A DNA stretch of 63,961 nt, counting the filler, from Octopus bimaculoides (Eukaryota): assembly GCF_001194135.2 (NCBI RefSeq). It is 10 parts of 10 records of this genome, joined end to end, with 100 filler letters (N's around TTAATTAATTAA, not from the genome) between each part and the next. Parts side by side here need not be neighbours in the genome. Positions count along the whole stretch, not along the records: positions 11,329 to 20,293 come from NC_068996.1; positions 20,394 to 24,093 come from NC_068995.1; 8 more parts are not named here. One strand, written 5' to 3'. Below, in pieces: positions 11,329-23,974 of this stretch (position 1 is its first letter; every line of letters begins with the position of its first letter). Under the pieces are notes generated by a model. It was not told where the DNA came from. It did not search any database and saw only the letters and a list, made by a program, of their open reading frames with translations. A program made the position numbers and the translations under genes.

Positions 11329-11835
11329 TTCTTCCGAGGTCGACGTTGCCTTTCATCCTTTCGTGGTCGATAAAATAAGCACTAGCTGAACACTGGGGTC
11401 GATATAATCGACTAAGCCCCTCCCGATAAAGGGTTATTATTATCATTATTATTATTATTGGCGGTGAGATTGCTGAATCGGTAGCATGCCGGGAACAATA
11501 CTTAGCAGCATTTCTCTGGGTTTTATGTTCTGAGTTCAAATGCTGTGGAGGCCGAAGTTTCTTTCTATCCTTTCAGGGTCGATAAAATAAGTACCAGTTG
11601 AGTACTAGGGTTGATGTAATCAATTTCTACCCCACCCCCCTCCACCACCACCACAAAATTGCTGGCCTAGTCCCAAAAGAAATAATTATTATAATGCTTA
11701 TTGGTGGCGTGTTCGTATAATCGTTAGCCTACCCGACTAATGCTTAGTCGCATTTTTCCGGCTTTATGTTCTAAGTTCAAATTCCACCGAGGTCGACTTT
11801 GTCTTTCATTTGTCTTTTGGAATCGATAAGGTTTT
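11329..11835 (+). mobile_element. Cluster of three SINE family B copies or fragments
   Basis: The CCGAGGTCGAC.TTG.CTTTCAT core or its variant occurs at ~11335, ~11550 and ~11787, separated by (ATT)n-like tails. Confidence 0.8.
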
Positions 11836-12223
11836 ACGGTAAGAAAAACATTAAGGAAAGTACAAGACAAAACAGTGAGTGTGCGTGTGTGTGTGTTATT
11901 GTGAGAGTTTTGATATAAACAGATTTAAGAAACCCCCTTAAAAATGGGGGTGGTGGAGAAAATATCAATACTATGAATGTGTCTTTGTATCTGTGTTTGT
12001 CCCCCACCCTCCACCACTGCCTGACAACTGGTGCTGATTTTTTTACACCCTCGTAACATAGCGGTTCGACAAAAGAGGACGCTAGAATAAGTACTAGGCT
12101 TGAAACGAAAATTACAGCTAGCAAAAAAAACAACAAATTTTTAAGATTAAATAAAAGCAAATTATGGAAATACTGATGGTCATTAACATTATAATGTATA
12201 CATACTTTTACAAACAGTCTGTT

Positions 12224-12613
12224 GTTGGCACTCCGTCGCTTACGACGTCGAGGGTTCCAGTTGATCCTATCAACGGAACAGCCTGCTCGTGAAATTAACG
12301 TGCAAGTGGCTGAGCACTCCACAGACACGTGTACCCTTAACGTAGTTCTCGGGGAGATTCAGCGTGACACAGTGTGACACAGTGTGACAAGGCTGGCCCT
12401 TTGAAATACAGGTACAACAGAAACAGGAAGATAGAGTGAGAGAAAGTTGTGGTGAAAGAGTACAACAGGGTTCGCCACCATCCCCTGCCGGAGCCTCGTG
12501 GAACTTTTAGGTGTTTTCGCTCAATAAACACTCACAACGCCCGGTCTGGAAATCGAAACCGCGATCCTATGACCGCGAGTCCGCTGCCCTAACCACTCGG
12601 CCATTGCGCCTCC
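12224..12613 (-). mobile_element. SINE family C, full-length, with 39-bp TSD
   Basis: tRNA-like head at 12613 on the minus strand and a CCAACAAC tail. The identical 39-mer AACATTATAATGTATACATACTTTTACAAACAGTCTGTT occurs at 12185-12223 and 12614-12652. Confidence 0.92.
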
Positions 12614-13920
12614 AACATTATAATGTATACATACTTTTACAAACAGTCTGTTAAAGGTATATTAAAACCACCGGTCTGTAAGTACCTCCTTTAATGCTCT
12701 TAAAGTCAATGTCTGTTTTGATTTTTGTGTGATACCGGTTCAATAACGCCATCTTTGTTGAGAGAGGGTGATGTGTTAGCACCAGATGTGGATGTAGCGG
12801 ATACGGCCATGACGTTTTTGAAAATAAAAGTAATGTATAAAACAGAAAATAAAGGAGCAGTTAATCCACCACCTACATCTATGAACACTGTTGCAATCCG
12901 ACAAGTATGAATGAAAAAACAGCGGAAACGCAATTTGCGTAATAACAGACAATTTCTCATTGTCTTAAGCCGGTCAGTACAACACAAGGAATTTCCTGTT
13001 CAAGATAAACTGTATGGTCATGGATGTTTTGGAATTTGCGTTGATAAGATCTCTTCGAATAGCACACCGTTTGATAAGATCTTTTCGAATAGCAGCACTC
13101 GCTGTCTCCATGTATTGCTCATTTCCCGGTTATATCGAACTACTGTGAAGTGCGAATCCGATCCTTTTATCTCACGAGTTAATCGGGAAAAGGGGACCCG
13201 TCGCTTTCTTACGACAAAAGAGAGGGTAGTCATCATTACTATCAGGACTATGGTGGAGGAAATTTTATGGTAGACTTGTTGAAATCCTTAAGGACTGAAC
13301 TTTTCAATTGAAATAAAGTCCTCATTCACCACTTAAAGGTCCTACAAATGACGAAGGAGGAAGTAAAAATAAAAGCACTACTCGCCAGTAAATATTATGA
13401 AAGGTAGTTGATAGCAGTGGAATGGGTCGAGGATACATAGGTCTACACTAATCATGTTGCTGTAGGTTGGTGACAAGAACTAGGAAGCAGCAATGGCCTC
13501 TTATGACGCAGGAACATTTTGGGTTGTACGTAGAATGCCAACCCTTATTTCGGTGAAGCTTTTCATGTTCTTATTTTATTCAGCACCCTTAGTCCAAATT
13601 ACTATAATTATCTGCTTATTAATGTGTTTATTATTATTATTGTTGTTTTTATTTTATTACTCGATGTAAGTTCTCACCACCACCACCACGACCACCAGCG
13701 CAATTGTTCCATATTTGTTTCGTTTTATATTACGTCTTTTTACTGTCTCCGACATCTTAGGGTTTTATGGCAAATGAAAGAAATTATTATTATTATTGTT
13801 ATGATTATTGTAATCATGATCATTGTTGTTACTATTCAAATTCTTCTTCGGTCGATGTAATCGACTTGTCCCAAAACTGCTGTCCTTGTGGTAAAATTTG
13901 AAACCATAATTATAATTACA

Positions 13921-13994
<74 letters not shown>

Positions 13995-14068
13995 GATAAA
14001 TGTTGGTGCTGTTGTTTATATTGTTATGTGCATGTTGTGTTTTTAATTACCCCTTTTCTTCTTTTCAG

Positions 14069-14190
14069 CTGGCTGCTTTTTTTTTTAATGTCGGCCCTCG
14101 TTATTTGACCACCACTAGATAAACATATCTTTAAGTAGTGCAAACTACAAAGAGGTGGACGAAATCTTTTAGTTCATCTCTCGTACAAAA
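14069..14190 (+). other. Candidate 122-nt spliced exon (probably non-coding or 5'UTR)
   Basis: Acceptor CCCCTTTTCTTCTTTTCAG| and donor AAA|GTAAGA bracket unique sequence between microsatellites. Confidence 0.35.
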
Positions 14191-14268
14191 GTAAGATTCT
14201 TTCGCTCCCCTTTTCTCCTTCTCTTTCTCACTTTATCTATCTACGTCTATCTATCTATCTATCTATCC

Positions 14269-14331
<63 letters not shown>

Positions 14332-14840
14332 AGCCTTTACATAAAGCTTTCTGATGTGGTGTTTTTGTGGGACTTCGACGCTTTTTTTACTGAACCTACG
14401 CAATTACGTAGTTTTCCCCCTTCTTTTCTGTGTTGCTTGTGCCAAATTACAGACTGTGAGTGTAAGTCCACTCACCACACCCATCTGTCGAGATATTCGC
14501 GCTACCTGTCTAGCCGTTTTCCCTACTTAACGGAGAATTATCTTACTTCCTCCTCACACTCTTTCACTACTTTCATTCACTCTTATTCATCTTTGTTTTT
14601 CTTTATTCGCTTTTGCTTTTATATTCATTTTTATTTATTTTTTAAACAGCTCAGTCATTACCCTGTTTCTGTCTCAACACTGCTTGCTCTCTTACTCAAT
14701 TTCTCCACCACACTCCCTGTCTTTTGAATATTTTCTATTACTCCAATTTTTGTCATTTCTTTAATTCTTTCATTTACCCGCCCATCCACAACTCTTGAAA
14801 TGTATCTATCTATCTATCTATCTGTCTGTCTATCTATCTA

Positions 14841-14871
<31 letters not shown>

Positions 14872-14873
14872 GA

Positions 14874-14908
<35 letters not shown>

Positions 14909-14990
14909 TCTATCTATTTATCTATCTATCAGTCTGTCTAACTATTAATCGATCTATTTTTCTATCAATCATTCTTTCCCTTTTTGTCTC

Positions 14991-15046
<56 letters not shown>

Positions 15047-15256
15047 ACATTCTCACTCTTCCTTGCTACAACCCTCTTTAATAATCTTTTCTTCCTCTTT
15101 CCTCTCTTCTCCCTTTATTTTTTCTCCTTTTATTCTTTCTTTCTTTCTTTCTTTCCTTAACAGCATATAATTCAACATTGCTAGCTTACATAATTTCTTA
15201 AATCTATCTTTCACTATCTCTCTATCTCTCTTACCCTTTTCTCTGTCTCTCAATCC

Positions 15257-15316
<60 letters not shown>

Positions 15317-16759
15317 ACAATCCATTCTTCTCTTCCATAATATTTACCAAATACACACGTACATACGCGCGCGCATACACAACACAAACACTCTTTTCTC
15401 ACTCTATCTTCCTCTCCCTCTCTCGTCTCTCTTCCTCCCACTGCCTCTCTCTTCTCTCTTCCTTTCTTTCTCTTGTCTCTCCTCCTTCCTATCTCTACTC
15501 TTATTACTCTTTGCCTCTCTCTCCCATTACCCCCTCTCTCTCTCATTACTCGTTCTTACTCCCCCTCACTCTGTCTCTCCCTCCCTCCCTCCCTCCATTT
15601 CTCCATATCTCTCTTCTGATATTCCAACACCGTTAATATGGCTTCCTACTGAACAACTATTTGTAAGGCCTCTAAGTGTGAAACCTAACATCCCGATNNN
15701 NNNNNNNNNNNNNNNNNNNNNNNNNNNNNNNNNNNNNNNNNNNNNNNNNNNNNNNNNNNNNNNNNNNNNNNNNNNNNNNNNNNNNNNNNNNNNNNNNNNN
15801 NNNNNNNNNNNNNNNNNNNNNNNNNNNNNNNNNNNNNNNNNNNNNNNNNNNNNNNNNNNNNNNNNNNNNNNNNNNNNNNNNNNNNNNNNNNNNNNNNNNN
15901 NNNNNNNNNNNNNNNNNNNNNNNNNNNNNNNNNNNNNNNNNNNNNNNNNNNNNNNNNNNNNNNNNNNNNNNNNNNNNNNNNNNNNNNNNNNNNNNNNNNN
16001 NNNNNNNNNNNNNNNNNNNNNNNNNNNNNNNNNNNNNNNNNNNNNNNNNNNNNNNNNNNNNNNNNNNNNNNNNNNNNNNNNNNNNNNNNNNNNNNNNNNN
16101 NNNNNNNNNNNNNNNNNNNNNNNNNNNNNNNNNNNNNNNNNNNNNNNNNNNNNNNNNNNNNNNNNNNNNNNNNNNNNNNNNNNNNNNNNNNNNNNNNNNN
16201 NNNNNNNNNNNNNNNNNNNNNNNNNNNNNNNNNNNNNNNNNNNNNNNNNNNNNNNNNNNNNNNNNNNNNNNNNNNNNNNNNNNNNNNNNNNNNNNNNNNN
16301 NNNNNNNNNNNNNNNNNNNNNNNNNNNNNNNNNNNNNNNNNNNNNNNNNNNNNNNNNNNTAGGTAGATACATATATATATATATATATATACTTTTCCAG
16401 GTTATTTCGCATGCTTTCAACGAATGACTCGAAATCACGCGTAAACGGCTCTTTTCCCCAGAAAAGGAAAGTTTTATTTACAATTTCTTGCATGCCCTGC
16501 CACCACGTAACAAATATTTCGGGTCCTTTATCGCAAATAGCTGTTACATGATGCTAGAAATAGCAGCCAAATCTTTGGTGGTGAGATACGTTTAATGCAC
16601 TCGACAAAAATCCTATGGAGAAAACTATTTCACACTGACATTACGAACGGGTCTTTTACGAAATATGTACCGTATTTTTAAAGTGATTTTCACTTTAGAA
16701 TATTTTTTAAATATGTCAAAAAAATTTTTTGGTAATGGTATTCGCTTGAAAATAATTAT

Positions 16760-18030
16760 AAAAAACAAATACTTATTGTACAAACAACTTACATTTTTGA
16801 AATCACATTCGCTTAAAAATATTTCTAAATGATTATAACTACGATCACCTTTTTAAACGAACCGCTAACGTCAAAACCATGTTGAGTTCATCTCGAGTTC
16901 TCGAACCGACAGCATCCCACCCCACTCCCTGTCGTACTGCTCGGCCAGGCAGCATATCTATAAGCCTCCGTCAGAAAGATTTCCCGGATAAAACATCTAG
17001 TTGACTTTCATCGACGCACAGATTTTCCCCGAGCATGTCGTTACCCACAACTAATTCTCGATATAGTGCCAATATCAAGCTTCCATCTCCCGCGTTGTTC
17101 GAACTGAATGAAGTAGAGACCGCTTGACGATACTCCATTTGTCTTGCGCGTAATCCAAAGGACTACAGCATTGTCAAAGAGAAGAGCTAAGAATAAACGC
17201 GACTCGCAAACAATGGCCAAACCTGTCCATCTGTTAGAAATGCTAGTGACATAGCGACCTCAAGGAATACCTGCACATCATGAGTCATGGCACATCTCAT
17301 CTTCAAGCATAGGGTATTGACAGCAAATGGAGCACGTGACCAATAAAACGCGACTCTTCCACAGAAAGCGAAATAGCAGGTGCTCCAGTTTGGTCTGCCA
17401 AGAATCGGGACCAGACATGACGGTCAAGTGATATTATTTGATGGAGGCGGTACAGGCGTTAACCATATATGCCTGACATTTCAGATAGAGCTTCATTTCG
17501 GTCCACTTCTGCGTGAGACTGTTTACCCTCATCGTTATCTCTTCCCGTATATTTTCCACCTGGAGATTGGGAGTAAAACAGAGAGACGAGCTATTTAGCC
17601 GATCTGTCGTCCAACACCCTAAAACGCTATTGGATGGGATGCATCTACATCTCTACATGCTATGCTGCAAGATCCCCAACTTTCTCTGGTCGATTTTAGT
17701 TCTTGTCCGAGTGAGCGGTCGATTTTGGTTCATACTTCGAGTGAGCGGTGCCGGTCACCTCGAGTCTAGTGTTTGTCACTGTCATAATTTCTGCTCGTAT
17801 TCTAGCTGCGCCAGGATATTTCTCAATGTCTCTCATTTCCTCAAGAGTGAATCCAATGTTATTACACACATAAAATGTTGATGCGGGACAATCTTCATAG
17901 GCTGACGTGATTATAGTGAATTATTCCACCAGATCGCCATTTATACCAAAGAGACAGACATCACTGTACGTCGTGATAATGCAACTCTGGGACACAGGAC
18001 CGAAACCGACTGCTGCGAAGATAGCTGTTA
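16760..18030 (-). pseudogene. Tx1/L1-clade LINE ORF2 (RT C-half and thumb), decayed
   Basis: Minus strand gives SAYEDC (degenerate AYADD), LGCWTTD...TPNLQVENIREEITMRVNSLTQKW and YHLTVMSGPDSWQTKLEHLLFRFLWKSRVLLVTCSICCQYP. Many stops; boundaries approximate. Confidence 0.65.
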
Positions 18031-18224
18031 AATATTGAAGCTTTCTCTAAAACAATAGTCTGTGCAAAACCAAAAATATGGCACCCTAGTCATAGCACCA
18101 ACTTGAACTTCTAACTTGTTGTCTCTTGAGGTCTTTGGGTGATACTTCGAGTCAACTTGTACAAATACAAAGCAAAAGACAAACATATAGTAATAATAAT
18201 TATTTCTACTAAAGGTACAAGACC

Positions 18225-18415
18225 TGGAATTTGGGGGCAGGAAACTAATCGAGTACATCGACCCCTTAACGTTTCAGATATTTATTTCATCGACTCCCTA
18301 AAGGATGAAAGAATAAATCGACCTCTGGAGGAATTTGAACTCAAAATGTAAGGACGGGAGAAATGCCGCTAAGCATTTTTCCGGTGTAAAACTATTCTGC
18401 CGATTCAACGCCATT
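18225..18415 (-). mobile_element. SINE family B
   Basis: GGATGAAAGAATAAATCGACCTCTGGAGGAATTTGAACTCAAAATGTAA...GCTAAGCATT is the reverse complement of the family B core. Confidence 0.75.
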
Positions 18416-18419
18416 TACG

Positions 18420-18502
<83 letters not shown>

Positions 18503-18518
18503 TAATAATAATAATAAT

Positions 18519-18610
<92 letters not shown>
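18420..18610. repeat. (TAA)n microsatellite, ~190 bp
   Basis: Direct reading, with two single-base interruptions. Confidence 0.98.
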
Positions 18611-18613
<3 letters not shown>

Positions 18614-18624
18614 CAACAGATGCA

Positions 18625-19175
18625 ATACCAGTCAGTGGCTCACATGGCTTGTGATCTTAACTGACTGGAAGTGTTATCATGTACATTGTTTTGTCTTGGT
18701 ATAAAAGATGGGCTACTGCAAATATTCTGCTTAATACCACAGATTTACTTGTCAATTGTCTGACCTTAACAAGTTGAGCATGTCCCTTGGTGGCTGACGA
18801 TATGTGTATCTCTGATCATGAGCAGAAGTAGTGGGGGAGCATCATAGCCATGTGTTGAGAGGAATTCTTTGGGGTTTGAATAATTCAACTTTGGAAACAT
18901 GGGTGTTTTGCTCAACATCCTTAAACAAACCTTATTCAATGACCTTTTGAGTGGGATGGGCTACTCGACCTTATGAAAACCCTAACTGGGCCCTACCTGC
19001 TTGGTCATGCGCTATTTATCTTTATATGAGATCACCATGTCACGCACATATGGATGTGATGCATGTGCCTGGTGTAACCTTATCAGATGGGTAGTCATGA
19101 TGGATATAATGGGCTTCGTGTATTTTACCCCAGTGTCACTTTGATGGTATGCTCTGCTCTCTTACTCAATAATGA
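18625..19175. mobile_element. Unclassified ~550-bp interspersed repeat bounded by TAA repeats
   Basis: Compositionally distinct block between the long (TAA)n and CAATAATGATAATA. It resembles a common octopod repeat as I recall it. No coding motif recognised. Confidence 0.4.
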
Positions 19176-19979
19176 TAATAATAGTTTCAAATTTCGAGGC
19201 TAGGACAGTAATTTTGAGGGAAAAGGTCTAGTGGTAGTCAACGATCCCAGTATTTGACTGTTACTCTATTCTACCGACTCGAAAAGGCTAAAAGGCAAAG
19301 TTTATTTAGGGATTTCGGTGCAGACGAAAATATCCGGAGAAACTAACTCAACATATTTCTCCAATGCTTTGGTGGGTTTTCATATAAAAATGAAAATGTA
19401 GAAAAGAAAAATCATTCTCCGATACCATTTTAAAAATATTGTAAAACCTTTTGTTTTAGCACTTGGGTAAATTAGTGATAACCGTTTCATATATATTTGC
19501 AATTCAGCGAAATTGTTTCTATATAGTGTTTGTTGGGCATGTTTAAAGAATGAATCATTTCGTGGCCCTGACGAGTAAAGTTAAAGTGCCACGTTTGGTG
19601 GTGGTTAGAGTATTGCACTCATGATCGCAAGATGGTTTCAATTTCCGGACCGAGCAGTGCATAGTGTTCTTGAAAAACCACTTCTTTTCACCTCGCACTA
19701 GTGCACTCAGCGGTAAATGAGTCACTCTACAGCGGGTTATCGTCCCGTTCAGGAGGAACGTTGTGATATAGGTTACTTACACGCCACGGAAACCTGGTGA
19801 CCGGTCTCATAAGTCCAGGGAATAGAAACACAGATGTCTTGGGGGTTAATGAGGATGACGAAAGGAGGAAACTAGTGAGTTTTCGTGGAGGAGCATTTCA
19901 GAGATTATAAATTTCAGCGTTTTCTTTTAAATATACACACGCTTCATATTCTAAGACTATGTGTGTGCATGTACGTACA

Positions 19980-20293
19980 AACCTAGAGTAGAGGGTGAGC
20001 TAGTTAAGAAACTAGAAGAGGCAATTAGAAGTGGCATCGCATCCGACGTTTTAGCAGCGAGGTTGGCCCTAGACCAACACTTCAACGCCAAACACGAAGG
20101 GTGCGTTGTCAGGGCTAGGATGCGTGCTCTAAGGAACGAAGGTATTGGAGCCGCACGAGAGGCCCGGGTGGCGGAGGCGCAACAGGGCAACAGAGCCACC
20201 ATTCGGTCTCTGGTGGACGAACAGGGGCGTGAACTGTTCGAGCCGGGCAAAATGTGTGAGGCCTTTCAGCGGCACTTTACTCGACTGTTTGGG
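19980..20293 (+). pseudogene. Tx1/L1-clade ORF2 fragment (EN-RT linker), open up to the gap
   Basis: KHEGCVVRARMRALRNEG...RATIRSLVDEQGRELFEPGKMCEAFQRHFTRLFG matches the G..VR.R....EG / I..L.D..G / F...F..LF linker pattern. Confidence 0.7.
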
Positions 20294-21339
20294 NNNNNNN
20301 NNNNNNNNNNNNNNNNNNNNNNNNNNNNNNNNNNNNNTTAATTAATTAANNNNNNNNNNNNNNNNNNNNNNNNNNNNNNNNNNNNNNNNNNNNTATATGC
20401 AAATGTCTTGCCAAGTGCATTATTTGAAATCTTCTAAGTATTTTATGCCAAAACCATTTAGTCGTTGTGAAAGCGGATGTATCAATGTTCTTTAAGTATT
20501 AAAAAGAAATACACTGAAATTTCTGTTTTGTGCAGTCGTTTTAAGAAGAGAAAGATGAAAATGTAAAAGAAAGAAAAGAAGAAATTCTATAGACGTGGAG
20601 ACGAGAAGAGAATTTGAGAGTGTAGAATTGGTGTATACATACACACACATACACACACATATACATCCACATGTACATACACACAGCACACATGCACACA
20701 TGCACACACAAATATATATATCGTTGTCATCATAAAAGTTCTATAAACATTTATAAGAACGTGATTTATTGCTTTTTTTCTTTTTGGGGAATAATGGATC
20801 TCAAACTACACAAACAAAACTATAATTGATAATAGTCTCCGATTTTTTCTATAAAAAAGGATTTTTCCATCCAATATTTATATGCTATAATTCAAAATAT
20901 TATTTGTGTGCTTAGCGATCTATTATTCTAAAAAAATATATATATATATATACACACATCCACACATATGTGCGTATGTATCTAAGTGTCTATGAGTATA
21001 TGCATGTGTAATTATTGCTTATATAACAAAGGCAGCACCAAACTCTCAAAGTGCTCTGCTCAACTCTTTGTGATTAAGTACTGCCAAATAAACATCGTAT
21101 CCTGGCGCACGCAGTGGCAGCATTGTAACTTAGGCCTGTGACTGTTAGCTAATTGTGTTGGAACCTTGTTTTGAGTGTGACACTCAGAGGTGAAGCTCAG
21201 TTTTTATTACTTTCCCACTCTCGAAAGCAACAAACCTGGCTGCCTGCTCGTTAATGAAGGTATCTCATCATGAAATTTCAAGTATTCGAATCGATTGAAC
21301 AATAACAAAACGTATAGAATTGAGAAAGAAATTATCTAG

Positions 21340-21399
21340 GCGCAGGCGTGGCTGTGTGGTAATAAGTTTGCTTCTCACTCACATGGTTCCGGGTTCAAC
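21340..21399 (+). mobile_element. SINE family A 5' head only
   Basis: GCGCAGGCGTGGCTGTGTGGTAATAAGTTTGCTTC...CATGGTTCCGGGTTCAAC stops just after the B-box-like motif. Confidence 0.75.
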
Positions 21400-22334
21400 T
21401 ATGAAGAAAATGAAGAAGCAACAAAAACTGTAAAATAACTGAAATCCAAACTAAACCTGGAACAGCAACGGATCATGATAAAACGATGGCAAGAAAAGCC
21501 CCTTCATGGCAAATACTGGGTTAAACTAAACGCAAAAGAGATAGACAAAGCAAAATCTCAACAATAACTGAGAAACTCAGGACTCAAAGCAGAGACTGAA
21601 GGATTTTTAATTGCTGCACAAGACCAAAGCCTCCCCACCAGAAATTACCAAAAATATATACCGAAAAGAAACATAAGTAACTGCAGAATATGTGGAGATG
21701 GACAAGAAACAATAAACCATATTGTCTCTGGCTGCTCAGTTCTGGCTAAGAAGGAATGTGTTCACATACACGACAGAGTTAGGATCTATATACACTGGAA
21801 GCTATGCCAACACTATGGAATAGCAACAGAAAAAAGATGGTATTGGGACACGCTAGAAATGTCACAAAAAATGAGAAAGCAACCATACTCTGGGTTATGC
21901 CAATACACACAAATAGGCTGGATATAATTGTCAGAGATCATCAAGAAAAAATGCTTTCTAATCGATATATCAATACTAACAGATGACTACATTTCTCTAA
22001 AAGAAATGGAGAAACTTTCAAAATACAAAGACCTGGAAGTAGAGATAACTCGAATGTGGATTCTAAAAACAGAAACAATTCCTATCATAGCAGGCGCATT
22101 AGGTATGATAAAAAAACATTCAGACAAATATATAATAAAGACACCAGGACTAACAAGTATATATAACATACAGAAAATAGCACAACTAGGCATCGCACTC
22201 ATCCTACGTAAAACACTTTCAATACAGTAACAATTAGAGGATCAGAACAAACTACAGCATATACCCAAGGCACACAGAGCTGCGCTCGGTAGTGCAGTGA
22301 AGGCAGGTGATAAAAATAAGACTACTGAATGATG

Positions 22335-22382
<48 letters not shown>

Positions 22383-22410
22383 GTAATGATGATGATGATG
22401 ATAATAATAA
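21400..22410 (+). mobile_element. R4/Dong-clade non-LTR retrotransposon, 5'-truncated (CCHC + restriction-like endonuclease), (TAA)n tail
   Basis: KRWQEKPLHG, ETEGFLIAAQDQSLPTRNY, CRICGDGQETINHIVSGC (CCHC), ATILW..PIHT, DIIV, FLIDISI..D...KEMEKLSKYKDLEVEI.RMW and IPIIAGALG...IQKIA.LG. Two stops plus frameshifts; the 3'UTR runs into (TAA)n. Confidence 0.85.
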
Positions 22411-22411
22411 T

Positions 22412-22899
22412 TTTAAATTTCAACACAAGGCTAGCAGTTTCGTGGAAGGAGGCAGGTCGATTCCATCGACCCCAGTACTCAATTGGTACCTATTTTTTCG
22501 ACCCCGAAAGGATGAAAGCCAAAGTCGGCCTCGGCGGAATTTGAACTCAGAACGTAAAGACGAACAAAATGACGAAAAGCGTTTTGTTCAGTGTGCTAAC
22601 GATTCTGCCAGGTCGCCGCCTAAGCAAAAACAACAAGAAGAACAACAACATTAGCAGTAACAACAACAACATCAACAGCTGTAATAATTCTTTCTACTAT
22701 AGGCACAAGGCCTGAAATGTTGGATAGCAGAGTAGTAGATTACATAGATCCTAGTATTCAACTGGTTCCTAATTTATCGACCCCACAAGGATGAAAGGCA
22801 AGGTTGACCTTGGCGGAATTTGAACCCAGAATGTAGAGACAGACGAAATACCGCTAAGCATTTTGCTCGGCGTGCTAACGATTCTGCCAGCTCGCCGCC
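22412..22899 (-). mobile_element. Two tandem SINE family B copies separated by (CAA)n-like tract
   Basis: GGATGAAAG.CAA.GT.G.CCT.GGCGGAATTTGAAC at ~22510 and ~22790. Heads end in ...CTGCCAG.TCGCCGCC at 22620 and 22899. Confidence 0.85.
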
Positions 22900-23844
22900 A
22901 AAACAAAAAGAACAACAACCACAGCAACAACGAAAACACCAAGAACAACAACAACAACAATGACAACGAAAGCAACAACAAAAACAGCAGTAGCAACCAC
23001 AGCAGCAGCAACAACAACAACAATGATAATACTGAAAAGCAAAGTTCAATTGAAGTTTCAATTTCATTTTGAAAAGGTATAATTGCTCTTTATTTGAAGA
23101 CAAGATGAATGTAGTGTTTATAATGCTTTTCCGATAACATCAGCGACAAGAATACTTTGAAATGACTTTGAGAGTGTGCGGATTGAAATTGCATCGTGGT
23201 TGCAGCTTGCAAGACGCATACTTATATCTCTACAAGTAGCCAACCATTTCATCTGAAATATCTTGACAAATAATTTGTTTTCCCTATAAACGGTTTATGG
23301 ATCTGTACAATAACTTGTCGAATATACTTTACAACCAAATCAGAAGACGCGATCAAGATGAATGAGAAAAGTTAATAGTTCATCTGTAAACCATTCACTA
23401 GAACTGAAGTTATTATAGATTTCTGAAGTCGATAGTTTTACATTTTCATTCTACTTTTTATCTCCATGGCAGCATTAACAATGTTGACTTTTAACCTAAT
23501 GATGGATTTCTTTCTAGTGAACTTATTGATTTTCTTCTTTCCACAAATCACTGAGAGTTGTTTGTTGTCTTTCATGTGATCCGTATTAAAGTAAAAGGTA
23601 GCTAGCATTCCAGCATTGAATAACATTTTCATCAGGATTTTTAATGTTAAGCTACCCTTGACCTTTAGGAGATGCTTGTTAACAAATTTAAATGCCAGTT
23701 CAAACCTTAGTTTCGAGAACATGTTTGTTTTTACTTTCTACCATTTAATAACGATGGATTTCATTGATATCAGTTGTTTATCGTCAAAACAGATCAGATT
23801 GAGCAGGTTTATGGCTAATGGCATTCCAGCCGTGGCCATTCTGC

Positions 23845-23918
<74 letters not shown>

Positions 23919-23935
23919 GTCTGTCTGTCTATCTG

Positions 23936-23974
<39 letters not shown>

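Noticed and set aside
12725-13273. Plus-strand ORFs 12725-12910 and 12911-13273 in one frame
   Set aside because: They are separated by TGA, have no recognisable domain and no supporting splice signals.
23438-23722. 94-aa minus-strand ORF
   Set aside because: AT/Lys-rich, no motif; consistent with chance.
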